Shown here: positions 13,960-25,770 of the stretch, one piece after another
Layout: every line of letters starts with the position of its first letter
How positions within the stretch are numbered: the stretch's first letter is position 1
Source of the DNA: Phoronis australis
Lineage: Eukaryota; Animalia; Phoronida
Length of the DNA: 64,000 nucleotides
Reading direction: 5' to 3'
Assembly: GCA_002633005.1 (NCBI GenBank)
Contig: NMRA01000018.1
Coordinates: 774,874 to 838,873 of the forward strand
Notes under the pieces: generated by a model
Told to the model about the DNA's origin: nothing
The model's database searches: none
What the model saw: only the letters and a program-made list of their open reading frames with translations
Translations under genes and position numbers: made by a program

Positions 13960-16900
13960 TTCTGTCTCCAGAGCAAGTGATGGCAGCTGTGAAGAGGCCG
14001 CACGAGGGTGGAGGGACTAAAAACCTATCGGCTAGTCGCTAGATGACATTTGGACGAGCTAAAGCTATCAGATACCTATGCTCTGGACGCACGCAGTTTC
14101 CTTCTTGCTTGAAGTGGCCACACTCTCTCCAGAGTATTATGTCACTGAATAACAATGAAGATCAACAAAAACGAGAACAATTATAACAGGTCGACACTTT
14201 GACCACTCTTTCCGCAACATTGTATTTGAGCTACTAGCCTCATTCACACAAAATAGTGGAAGGGAGGGCCATGACACAAAGCGGTATAAACCTGCACTTA
14301 GTCCACAGCCTGACGTTACCACAGAATCCAGATGAGCTGTCTCAGAGACAGCTAGAATTATTAGATGAATATTGATTGGCAGCTGCGGTACTGACTCGTA
14401 GTAGCTATTTTCGTTTTAGCAGTCGTTGATAAGTTAGTTCACATGTGAGGTATGATAGGGTAATCGTTCTTCCCGGCTCACTGATAATACTGTAAAAATA
14501 CGATAAGAAGGTCCATAGAAACCTAATGCTAAAACATTAGATAAGATAAATCTTACTCACGCTAAGGTTAAAAATATAAAATAAAAAGTCTAAGTATAAA
14601 ACGCATTACTACTGTGAAAAGTGACTTGTTCCACAATGCATGGATTACACAACATTTAAGACGAAACTCATTTATAGCACAGGCAATGAAATTAAAAGAA
14701 GAGGCATCCAGACAGCATAAAATCGATAGCATGTTTTCGTATACCGAACTCGATTTATAGCACAGGATATCAAAATGGTACATACATGTACTCATCTGTG
14801 CTACAACTTAAAAAATCTAGGAATCGCTTGCATCCATTAAGAAATGAGGTATTAAACAACCATTATTAATACAAGACCATAGTTTCAGGTTTAGTCGCAA
14901 CGTCGAACTATAATACATACTATACAAAGACAAATACATTAGACACATAATTATGTCCTCATTGGTGGTTGAGCTGCCGAAGCCATATTAGTGCGACTAG
15001 AGTTTCCCATGAACAGAATAGTGTCGTCAATAGTTGGGAGTATATCCATTGTCGTCATAAGCGATAGTCAAAAGTATTCGCACGTTTTAGTGCGTTTACT
15101 AAAACCAAAGGAAACACATGAGTTAGTGAGTAAGATCCGTGTGTTTAGACGTCAACCCCCAAAATAACAAATCAACTCGGTTGCGTCACGTGTTTTTCCT
15201 TGTTATTAATTGTTTCCTGCTGCATAAACCATAAACAACATTTGCGAGCACAGTTTTGGAAATGAGACATACCAGTTTCTTCGTTTTGTTTTAGTGTTTC
15301 AAATTCGCAGCGATTCTTAATTCAAGACCATGAATTACTCACAGTCCTAAAGTTCAGTGTAAGCGACCTATCAAGCACACGTTATGCTGAAAATATCATT
15401 ATTCAACTTGTGACTTACGTAGTGTACTGTAGACCGGTCTTCACCATTTTATCGTACAAACCGCTATCAGTGGTCGTAAATGGTACTTACCCGAAACACA
15501 AACAGTAACATACGGTCATTTTGTAATGAACTATGACCAACCAGCAGATAGCCGTTATCTCACAGCTATGGCGACAATGACGAGGTCACTCGCATACACG
15601 CTACACACCGCTCAAGTCAATATTTCAGAGCTCTAGAGCTTACATAACAGTCGTTCGAAAATTCAATAGCCTCACTGTATGGTGGTGCTCACTTCTCAAT
15701 AGCTAGCTTGTGATGACAATAAAGTAAAAACCAATCCTCACTGTCGGCCGCGACCAAAGCTTCATGCAATGCCTGGGAGATCTCGGAAACAAATTGTAAT
15801 CCTGAGAGCTGGTTCCCACCTGACCCGTAGGGTCTACAGCTAACACGAATTAAGCTACTTATCACAAATTTGGATTGTTAAAGTAATATTAGGCAGATGC
15901 TGCCTACACTTGGTGTGGCTGACAGACGGGTGTCCTCCCTGTCAAGTCGTCGGCCAAATGGGCCACAGGGGAATCTCATAAACCACGTCTGTCACCAATC
16001 TCGGTGGGAGGGGGCAATTTATGACTATTCTGGTGGGGGGGGGGGCAATTTTGTTTTGATGTTCCTGATGTCAACCCGTTACCTGTCATTTCCCTGTCAC
16101 AGACATGATCATTTGGCATATGCTGGTGCATTAATCCCCCTGCACTCCGACCCAGACCATCTCCGTGACAACAGAGGGCGTAACAACCCAAGGCTGATGT
16201 TGCCTGCAGCCAACTGGCTCGACGACACACTTGTACAGCTCTTGTTGTCAGTGGTAGTAGCATGGCCACATGTGATATAATCCCAAAGCAGTTGGCTCCC
16301 ATCGTCAAGCCAAAAATTGTACGGAATATCGAATTTCGCAACATGCAGACGACACATTAATTATAACAAATTGGATGGGTGGAATTTGTCATTCATGGTT
16401 GGCTACCATATTGTTCGCTGGTGTCTCCGGTCTCCAAGTGGATGTGGATAAGACAAAAGCCACGTGTTATGGAAGTGAAACTGGCAGTGATGACGTGATT
16501 CCTACAAAAGAAAGTCTTTCGTGGACAAAATTTTTTTTATTTGTTTGGGGGTGGATTTTGACACTCAATTGGATGGTATGACGCAAAAAACTTCACTGCA
16601 AGAGTGACTGATATTAAGTCTTTATTCAAAAGATGAAGTCGATGAAATTTAACGCCGTTTGATAGACTAACTGTACAAACGCTAGCTATTTCTAAACTTA
16701 ATTTTGTGTTGTCAAGTTTATCAAATCCACCAGTAAAGGTCCTGATCGAATGAATTGAATACCGTCGGTATTCTTTAGATTTGTGTGACAGGCTCGTAAT
16801 GATAAAATTGAACGAAATACGGCCTGTATAGAACTAGATCAACGGGGACGTCAAATAGTTAATGTACATACTTTAAGCAAAGCTTTAAAACTCGGTATGT

Positions 16901-17962
16901 TCCGTAGATATTTTGAAAGCCCCGCGTCTAAAAGTGGTCAGTTACTGTTACTCTACCCGTTTCTAAAGAATTTTGCTTCACTTGGAGAAGACTTTATTGA
17001 GTCGAAGTTAACTCTAATTGATAGTTCCTGTTGACGCGACGTATTTGGAAGTATGACATCTTTTTATAATCGCTGCGAATAAAGAAGACTTTTTGAATCA
17101 ACATTTGTGATTTACTGGAAACTTGGGTATCGAAGGCAGAAGTGTTTTTATAAGTCTTGGTTTGTAAAAGGATTATGATTTGTCAGAGATATGTACCTTT
17201 GTGTCAGAAATTTAACTGTAGGTTTGTTTAAAAGGTAGCTATGTGTAGATGGAGAGAGAATGATTAAATCCAGTAATTAATTTATTATAAGATAACCACT
17301 AATTAGACCATATCCCAGCAAAGCCTGGTGAAGTAAAGCTCGAAAGCGCCGCGTTTTACATAGCGAAGTGTCTGGTAGCGCACAAAAGATTTCTGTGGAC
17401 TTATCAGCATAAGATCTCCATGCACATGTACGTAACGAGCCCCACTGTGTGATCTGAGTACACTGGCAATTGACCGGTCATAAAACTGTATTACTTCAGC
17501 CTAGTTGTTTTCAGTCCCAAAAACACAACTTATCAACTTTTTGTCGGCGGTCACGTTTGATATTTTATTGAATTTTTTCCGCAACAATGTATCATATTCA
17601 TTACGCCACATCTTAAATGTCAATTATCATGTAGTGTTTGATTTTACTTTATTTCTGTTTCTGTTGACGAAGGACGTTATTATATCCGAAAATTTCAGTT
17701 GATCCATTCTTGTTTTATTTACCTATTTATATTTTATTCGAATTCGTGACGAAAAATACCGCAGAACGATACCTCACACTTTCGGCTCTGGCCCTAAACA
17801 CGTATGACTACCTACGCGACTCGTTCAGTTCATTCTGTTAGAAAAGTTTCAAAAAATAGCAAAATATGTGTTTAAAAAATGTTTGAAAAGGTTCTTGTCG
17901 ATTAGTATCGCACAGTGTAGCACATTTTGATGCGTTGGCATAATTTTTGAAACTATTCCAAC

Positions 17963-18286
17963 CACGGGTGAGAAACATGACCGCCGGTCCTTTTAAATCG
18001 GACCGCCTCACCCAAAACAGGACCTCCAGGGATCAAATGGGACTGTCGCACCAGAAAATGGGACAGACGCACCTAAAAACATGACCGCCCCATCAGAAAA
18101 CAGGACCGTCGGGGACTGAACATGACCGCCGGACAATATGCGCTTTCAATCCCCGGCGGTCCTGTTTTGTGGTGGGGCGGTCATGTTTTTAGGTGCGTCA
18201 GTCCCATTTTCTGACGCGACTGTCCCATTTGATCCCCGGAGGCCCTGTTTCGGGTGAGTCAGTCCGATTGTTGTTTCTCACCCGTG
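17963..18286. mobile_element. 324-bp foldback MITE with CAC...GTG ends and 5-bp TSD (CCAAC)
   Basis: ccaac|cacgggtgagaaaca ... tgtttctcacccgtg|ccaac. The two arms are inverted copies built from about 21-bp subunits (aaacaggaccgcc-like). Confidence 0.85.
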
Positions 18287-19062
18287 CCAACTGTGCATTA
18301 ATTACGGTAGTGACTTGACGGAAGTTTGTTTTCGTCATGCAACGTGGTCAGACGTTTCCTAATAGGATGATTTTCGAATGACTTTTACTTTGGCGGTGTT
18401 TAAGTGCAGCCAGAAAGTGGAGGCGGTGGTCGAGCTGCCGTCAGATGAGCAGACGTGATCGACGACGAGGTCGTCACACCAGATCGCTACGTTGTAAGTT
18501 GTACGCTTCCCAGGCCGACCTGGTGCCGGTTGCGAGTACAATTTTCGGCGTAGGAGCTGGCAAGGAAACTATTGTACGTCGTTACGATCGAGCTGAGAAA
18601 AACTGAGGTACAATGTAGCAATCATTCAATTTCACCTTGTACGATGTGGAACGCAGTTGAGAACGTGCGAACTTGCGTATACAAGATAGATTTCAAGCCC
18701 ATGGATACTACGGTAACGACCATAACTTGGAGAAAACATCTGTAACCAATTTCTGAATGGCATGAAATCGGTCAATTGTTTTATGTTTCAATGTTTATAA
18801 AGAAAAAAATAATGCACAATTCATCTATTCCACAATGAACGAACGCTGACAAATAGGTACATGTATGTGGATAATTTAAATCGGTCTCAATATTGTCTAC
18901 ATGTAATGTGCCATTCTTATGTTTTAGGCCTTTGTTCTACTGTTACGTACCTAGAAATTCATATTGTTTATACTTAAATCTGAATGACTTATTTGCGATG
19001 CCTTCACTTTAGCTTGGTATTCATTATTTCTGAGCCAAAAGGAGACATTAAATTTTTGTATC

Positions 19063-20361
19063 TTAGGAATCAGGAAAGGCTAATGCTGAAGAAGTGGCTT
19101 CTACTGAAGTTGATGACCTACCGATTATTAGTAAAAGGTTGGGTAAGGAAATGTTGAAAACCAGCGGGAAGTTGCCCTGAAACGATGAAAAATTCACTCT
19201 AGTGGACGAGTTTGTGAGAGGGCTAGAGAGAGAGGCCGAAAAGTCTACACCCAGAAGATGAATTTGTAACTTGAGGAACGCGTCGGGGAAAAAGTATTTG
19301 CCAAAGGTCACTGGCTTACACCTCATCAGGTCAAAAGTTAATTTTTGAGATTGGTCACTCTCAGCAAATGTGGGAAACTGGGACAGTTGTATGTAAGAGA
19401 TGTGTCGGAGGAAGTGGAGGGTGCGGTTGAAAGAGACAGTCTACGCTTTAAGATCGGATGTAGCATTGTAAATGTCAAAGGGATGAAACAGTCAGTACCT
19501 GTAAATGTTCTGGCTGATCATCTAAAACCAGTGATGGCATTATTATGCAATGTAAACACAGCTCTGTAGGGAAGTAGAAATGTTTGTTGTTGCAAGCTTT
19601 GTTTGCACGAGAACTGCAGCGCAAATAACATTAAATTTACCTGGAATGAATATTTGTTCAGCTACCGATCACAATCCTGGGCAAGTGGATTGAGATGGTA
19701 CAGCCACATGGTAAATGGCACACAGCCCTTTTCGTTTAGCCACTGGAGTTCTTGGTCTGACAGGATTTCTCAGTGTGACCATTACATTTAGAAGTGTGAC
19801 GGGAGCGCCGTCTATTGATGGAGCCGTGAGTGAGGACGAGTCGTCAGTTTAGTTTCGGAAACTAGAGTGTATTATATTTTAAAGGGGTGTAAGATGGTCA
19901 ATTCCTTATATGGAACTTCCGATGACGACATTTTTAGTTCTATTCTGATTGGTTTTCACAGTTATCTTGAGACCCCTATTTTGGCGTAATTTGCAACATT
20001 CGCGGTGCGAATAAGCCTATAAAAATGGGCCCCTCACGCTAAAACTTCGGATTTTGCCGGGTCTGGACTCTATCCGCAAGGAATCCCAACCAAGCAACTT
20101 AGCTGCTTGGGCCTTTTAAATTTGGACTTTGACGTTTTTAGCGAATTCTTCTTGTTTATAAATTCTTTGGGTTAAAAGTTAAAGCTGCGATGTCGACGGA
20201 AGTTAGCGATGAGTTGTAAGTTTGTAGAATGGTGTTTCATATATATTGTATAATAAAATTCAGTATATTTATCTACTTCTCTATTGTTTCACTCTCTATA
20301 AGTTGTCACCATGGTTCTGTCGTATGCGATTCGAACGAGTGAAAAAGTACACAACGCTGCA
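19063..20361 (+). mobile_element. Highly decayed LTR-retrotransposon remnant with a possible 3' LTR (19888-20361)
   Basis: Gag-like DEFVRGL and degenerate knuckle KCGKLGQLYVR. Purine tract aaagggg followed by TGTAAG, then TATA (about 20018), aataaa (about 20252) and a CA end. No partner LTR was found. Confidence 0.35.
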
Positions 20362-21568
20362 AATATTTTTATCGGCTACGAACAGTCGACATTTTAGAAA
20401 CTAAGTAGATCGGTGCTGGTCGCCCCACCGATTCCCGTTACAGAAGTTTGTTTCGCGATTTCTGGCCGCTGTACTGTTTCTTCTCCTTGAAATTGAATTA
20501 ATGTTTCCGCATTGTACATACCAATATGGATTTTTGCTTTTGAATGAGTATTTAGTACTGCCATTTGATTCCTTGTTGCAGTGTGGCTGGTTCTGTTCAT
20601 ACCTTTCTGCCTGGGTTGTAAACCCACATTCTGTCAAGGAAGTGAAGTTTTGATTTAGACCATTTTCCCCTTTAAACTGTTCTCAATTTGTTCCTTATCC
20701 AGATGGGATATGATTTCTGGAATTGCAACTGGAGTGTTGAAAAGATCAAGAAGGCATTTGTTGATTATACTCATGAGATTTGTACTTTGGACTGTACAGT
20801 CATATTTGTATATAAAACATATTTTATAGTATACCAGTTTGTGGTTGGTGTACTATATTTACAACTTGGATGAATTGTATGCGAGATAAACAACTTTCAA
20901 GTGAGATAAGGAATAAATTGGTCACACGTTGTTTTATTTTTTAGGTGTATGATCTTCCAGTAAGTGATTGCTTTTGAAAAACCAGTGCTGAATGTGATAT
21001 TAACTCTTTATTTAAAGGGGAATAAATCCATAAACCTACGTCTTCGAGAACTTTTACTCCAACTACATGTTACAAGGATGGGGATTGGAGTCTTAATAAA
21101 ACGGAATCTGAACCCGAACCGTGAGCAATACAACACAATACATGGAAATAAAAATATAGTGTTTAGGTTTCATGGTAAGGATTCGTATAAGAGTTACTAC
21201 GGTGCGAGATAAGTGTTTGTCGATACTTTGGGATTCCTCCTCTGTGGTCACCCACTGGAAACCTGGTCACATAGAAATCGATAAATCATCATCTCCATTG
21301 TTCCCCTTGTTATAAATATAATGACAAGTATTTATCGGTAACGGTCTGATTTACAACCTACGTGCTATTTCCACGCGACCTGTAGTGTTCTATCCAACAA
21401 TGACGAAACAAAGGAAAACAATTAATCGTACGACCGATAGAAGAAAATTATGCGATGAGTTGGCATGGAGTTTGCCTCTGTATATCTTGTCGCTCGAATG
21501 TTTTTAAAGAACTGCTAAGCCAATATTTCATCAAGAAAACAACAGAATTTTGTATCATTCATTTAACA

Positions 21569-23240
21569 TTACAATGCATTACATGAACATTTGATCAACA
21601 GAAAATCTGATTTGAATCTTTGTGACGAAATCCCTATGTGAAAATTACAAGGCATTACAACTATAAAATCAAAATAACATACATTTGTCGAATTCATGTC
21701 TGTAACCCAGATCATTGGGGAGGACATAATCGATTTTGTATTAAAATGGAATTGGGCGAACACACGGATATCATTTCTAGCTTTACTTCTATCATTCGAA
21801 GTGTCAGTAAAATACTGAGCACGCTGCCGAGCGTCTTTCGTTTTCCCTGCTCTTAACTTTACATACTCGTATGTGCAACCATTTGTCAGATTTGTTGCGT
21901 CAAAACGCAGGAGGAAATCCGAAGGAAATTTCGGTTCCCTTCCAAAGAACAACAAAAACGGGGAGTACTTAGTAGTGCAGTTTGGAGTCGAATTATACGA
22001 CATCACCAGATCATGCACATTTTCCGGCCATTTACGCTTGTGATCAATTGGCAAAGTATTCAACAGATTTTGCAATGTGCGATTAAAACGCTCATACTGT
22101 GAACCATTCCCTCAAGATGATATGGGGTTGTACGGGATTTCTGAATGTCATATAATTTACAGAACTGCTTGACCAGATCGCTTTCAAAACTGCGACCCTG
22201 ATCGCTATGAATCATGTCAGGAATACCGAACCTATTGAACCATTGCTCAGCCAAAGCCTTGTCAACAAACCGTTAGGGCAGTTTGATTGCGTGTCACAGC
22301 AACCTGCGTAAACTTCGTGAATACGTCAGCCATCACTAAAACGTTATCCCCACCGCCACTGGACGGTTCTAGAACAGTAAAATCTACGGCTAACACTTCA
22401 TTGGGTCTACATGCAGTCACGTGACTCATGATCGTCCTCAGTTTCATATATGGACTCTTAGAAATTTGACACCTCGCACATGATTTGCAGTAGTCTGCCA
22501 CATCTCTCTGCATACCAACCTAAAAGTAACGGTTGCTAATCAAAGCAAATGTACTCTCATACCCTTGGTGCCCAGCTGCAGTGCATCACGTTAAGACTCC
22601 ATAATTTCATTTCGTAGCGACTGTGGCACGGCACAGCTAACGTACTAACAACTTCATTATCAACTGACGAGACCGTGTTTATGAACAGCATTCCCCGAAC
22701 TAAGCACAGATCATTCCAATACCTCAAATATTTCCGTACACCGCTATTTGCAGTATCACCAGGCTTACGTTTTGCTTGGAAACATTCCATCACGCCACCA
22801 AGAATAATATCATTACATAATATACCTATTCTAACAAGCAGAAAGATTCCATTTGTGCCAGATACTCCCAGTACAAACATATGGACAGACTCGGCTGTGA
22901 TAGCATCACGTTCCTGATGTGTTCCTGATGTGACGTGTTTTCGAAGATAGCTATACGTCAAAAGCAATGCATCCCATAGTGACAGGTGGATTGTAACCCT
23001 TCTTACCCGATTCTTCTGCTGTTCTTGACTACTCTTCAGCAGCTCCGAACTTGTTAAGTATACCAGACGATGCAAACCAGCAAGAACTGCTCTTCACAAT
23101 CACGAAGCAGTTCCAATTCCAAAAGGCTCCGCATCGGTCATTACCACATTACCACACTTTTGGGGTCTGAAAACTCACATGTTGATTTGGGTGAAAGTCA
23201 ATACTACCCGCTAGTGTTTTAGGGGCTTAATCTGTCCAGT
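21569..23240 (-). pseudogene. Decayed Ty3/Gypsy pol: RNase H remnant plus integrase (zinc finger, DDE core)
   Basis: VVMTDAEPFGIG...AVL (RNase H start, about 23080-23150); VADYCKSCARCQ; LAVDF...VMADVFTKF; RFGIPDMIHSDQGRSFES...SRTTPYH; YNSTPNCTTKYSPFLLFFGREP. Multiple frameshifts and stops. Confidence 0.92.
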
Positions 23241-23280
23241 CCTGTCAAAACATTATTGATTTGTACTTTTATGGCAAACA

Positions 23281-25221
23281 TTAGTATATGTTACTTCTAC
23301 AATAGCAAAATTTTCTAAGATTAAAATCGTCCGTAATACAACTAGACGTATTTCCATATAAATTAATGCGACTAATGTCACCCATAACTTGGAATTCACT
23401 CTGCTCGTGACGTACAGTTGCTTGGAATTGACCGCTGCCAGGCTGGGTTTGAATGGTAATCAGATATAACGTAAAAGATGTCTGTAACTTATGCCAATTA
23501 CTGTCGTAACAGACGTCTTTCACAGTACAACCTCTTGAGTAAGTCTGGTCGTGGACAGATGTTGAAGCATCAATAATGTTGGTTATTTCCTGCTCTAGAC
23601 AAAGCCCTTTCTTCAGATTACTGAGCTCATTAATACGACTCAGTAAGGCCTTGCTTGCCTTGACAACATTCGAATCGGTAACTTTTAGTTTCTTTTCCTC
23701 TCGACAGGCGCAATAGTGAACAGGGATGCCGGCATCCGAACACACCCTGCCCTTTGGAATGTTTTCGAAGAGACTAATACCATAGTCGCTTGGCTTGTCA
23801 TACTCGCATCCTACACACAAGTCTCGCAACGTTTGATGTACATCAAAAGGGGTAGTTAACATATGCTGATTCCTTCTTAATGCTTTATCGTACGCTGGGT
23901 ATTTTTTGCCAAACCACGGCGGAAAAGCCATAAAAATCATGGGCAAATTTTCCTCGTAACGACCCACGTATGTAGATCGGATACCACCAAAACGATAACC
24001 GTGGTCTCCGAATATAATAATCACAGTGTTGTTGAAAATATTCGAGGCGTTGATGTAGCGGACAAATTCCGTATAATCTCCATTTGTTTTACCAACGGCA
24101 TTGATATTATCGTGCGATATGAAGGTATTAAACACAAAGGCAAAGAAGGGGACCTTTGTCGCGTGGTACGTGGTAGCGAATTGCCTTGCATAATCCAAAG
24201 TCCATTTGTGAAGACCCTTTCGTCCACAGCACCACGTTGGACTTTGCTTGCAAAGAACAGACTTCTCCAGCGCAAGAGACATGTGGCGGTAATAGTGGTG
24301 CGCAGGATATTTAGAAAATCCTTTCTTCAGATAGTTGAATATTGAACCTTCAGTGGCGTCCTCGGCATACAAACTGGCGTATCCTTTGGACATGAACCTT
24401 TTCCAAATAAATGGCTGATCGTCCAAATGTCGTGAAGAATCCCACTTTGTTTCATCAATTGTTTTTCCCATGGTGAGTGGACATATGTTTAAAAACGTAT
24501 TATCGCCGACCCTATTGTATCCATTAAGTTCGATTCCATTCAAATCCTTAAGCATATATTCCCTGAGCTTGGTAAGTTGCCGGTGCCCATTCAACCTCGA
24601 CATGGAGTCAATGCCGATCATAAGGACATTAAGTTCCTCGTCAATTTTATTTCGTTTAATCCTAAAGCTTTTCTTAGGTGTGGGCAACATATTCATCTTG
24701 TTCTTGTATTTATAGTAGTTACCGACAAATGTTTGGGTAAGGAAGTCGTCGTATACAAGTGTATCCTTGTCATTTACGCAATGCACGTACACAAAATCTG
24801 CGGACACGTTGACACCTTTACTATCAAATAATGGTAAATCGACTGGTTTCCCCAGGTCCCATTTTGAGTCGTCCTTTTCCACGAAGCTTCGCGTTATAGG
24901 GCTAAACGTACACTTAACCACCGATCCTAATTGACGAAGACCTTCAGTCGGGGTCAATACACCTTTGTCAAGATTGGCAAGTTTTTTGTATTTCATACAA
25001 ATTAACGGTCTAGTCTCAGTCTTAACGTATTTCTTGATAGAGACGTGCCAGGGGTCAACGTCCAGAATTCGACAGGATGGCGTGTACACCGTATAACCAC
25101 CGACTCGACCGCTCACAGAACCTAGAAATATTGCAAATGCCATAATTTCAAATAACTGACGTTCATCCACCCACCTCAACATTCTCATGATACCACTGAG
25201 AAAAATCAGTAGCAACTTCAT
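23281..25221 (-). CDS. Intact single-exon DUF229-family protein (alkaline phosphatase/sulfatase superfamily), probably membrane-anchored
   Basis: Open frame 23281-25338; first ATG (MKLLLIF) at 25221. Motifs NVLMIGIDSMSR, GYNRVGDNT, AED, SHD, IIFGDHGYRFG...YEENLP, TTPFDVHQTL, CSDAGIPVHYCAC and SRINLYG...LRKFCYC. Hydrophobic N-terminus. Confidence 0.9.
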   Translation of the reverse strand: MKLLLIFLSGIMRMLRWVDERQLFEIMAFAIFLGSVSGRVGGYTVYTPSCRILDVDPWHVSIKKYVKTETRPLICMKYKKLANLDKGVLTPTEGLRQLGSVVKCTFSPITRSFVEKDDSKWDLGKPVDLPLFDSKGVNVSADFVYVHCVNDKDTLVYDDFLTQTFVGNYYKYKNKMNMLPTPKKSFRIKRNKIDEELNVLMIGIDSMSRLNGHRQLTKLREYMLKDLNGIELNGYNRVGDNTFLNICPLTMGKTIDETKWDSSRHLDDQPFIWKRFMSKGYASLYAEDATEGSIFNYLKKGFSKYPAHHYYRHMSLALEKSVLCKQSPTWCCGRKGLHKWTLDYARQFATTYHATKVPFFAFVFNTFISHDNINAVGKTNGDYTEFVRYINASNIFNNTVIIIFGDHGYRFGGIRSTYVGRYEENLPMIFMAFPPWFGKKYPAYDKALRRNQHMLTTPFDVHQTLRDLCVGCEYDKPSDYGISLFENIPKGRVCSDAGIPVHYCACREEKKLKVTDSNVVKASKALLSRINELSNLKKGLCLEQEITNIIDASTSVHDQTYSRGCTVKDVCYDSNWHKLQTSFTLYLITIQTQPGSGQFQATVRHEQSEFQVMGDISRINLYGNTSSCITDDFNLRKFCYCRSNIY

Positions 25222-25339
25222 CTCATTACAGCGCAAATTAATCAAAAATCGAAACCTTCCATCTGAATCTAGGTTTGAGAATAAATAGTTCCTATAAATG
25301 CAGGACACGATCCCACAACGCGAAGACCATGTGAGCAAA

Positions 25340-25770
25340 ATAATTCAAATGGGTCCTGGGAAATCAAAGGAACTGTTCCATCCAACAGCATTTCCACGCT
25401 ATCAAGCTTTTGAGCCCATTCGATGTTTACGGCGCCCCATTGCCAGGCTACTCCAACAGCACGGTTCAGGTACCTATGAACATGGCAGTAAACTCAGCTC
25501 ATGACTCACAAACAAATCCCGCACTTACAAAGCATGGTCTACGCACCACAAAAAAATGACTGCCCCACTCGCATGACGATCACGGGCATTTCCCTACGAG
25601 GACTCCGTCAGCCGCGTTTACGGGCGCCAGAACGATGTTTGCTTCCTGGAGCCGTAGTTTTGCCGTGCAAAAGCCGCGTTTTGTGAGTCCGGGTCCGTGT
25701 TTGTAAGTCAGTGAACTGAGTTCACAAACCCGTGAGTACCGTCCACAAGAGCAGAGCTACACTATGTTGA
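25340..25770 (-). pseudogene. Possible decayed Gypsy protease / gag knuckle remnant directly upstream of the DUF229 ORF
   Basis: Minus-strand LVGKCP (about 25583-25600) followed by a degenerate W-C-V-D segment, resembling the Gypsy protease start LVGxCP...CLLDTG. A weak C-x-C-G..R-x-C lies near 25720-25755. Confidence 0.4.

Noticed and set aside
16109-16357. ORF segment AKFDIPYNFWLDDGSQLLWDY resembling a LicD nucleotidyltransferase start
   Set aside because: It lacks the GTLLGA.R and D.D motifs and has no usable splice acceptor; probably chance.
24001-24831. Plus-strand and alternative-frame ORFs overlapping DUF229
   Set aside because: Shadow ORFs of the real minus-strand gene with no recognisable motifs.
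25222-25338. N-terminal extension of the DUF229 ORF from a TTG start
   Set aside because: A non-ATG start is unlikely in a eukaryotic gene; the first ATG at 25221 precedes the hydrophobic segment.
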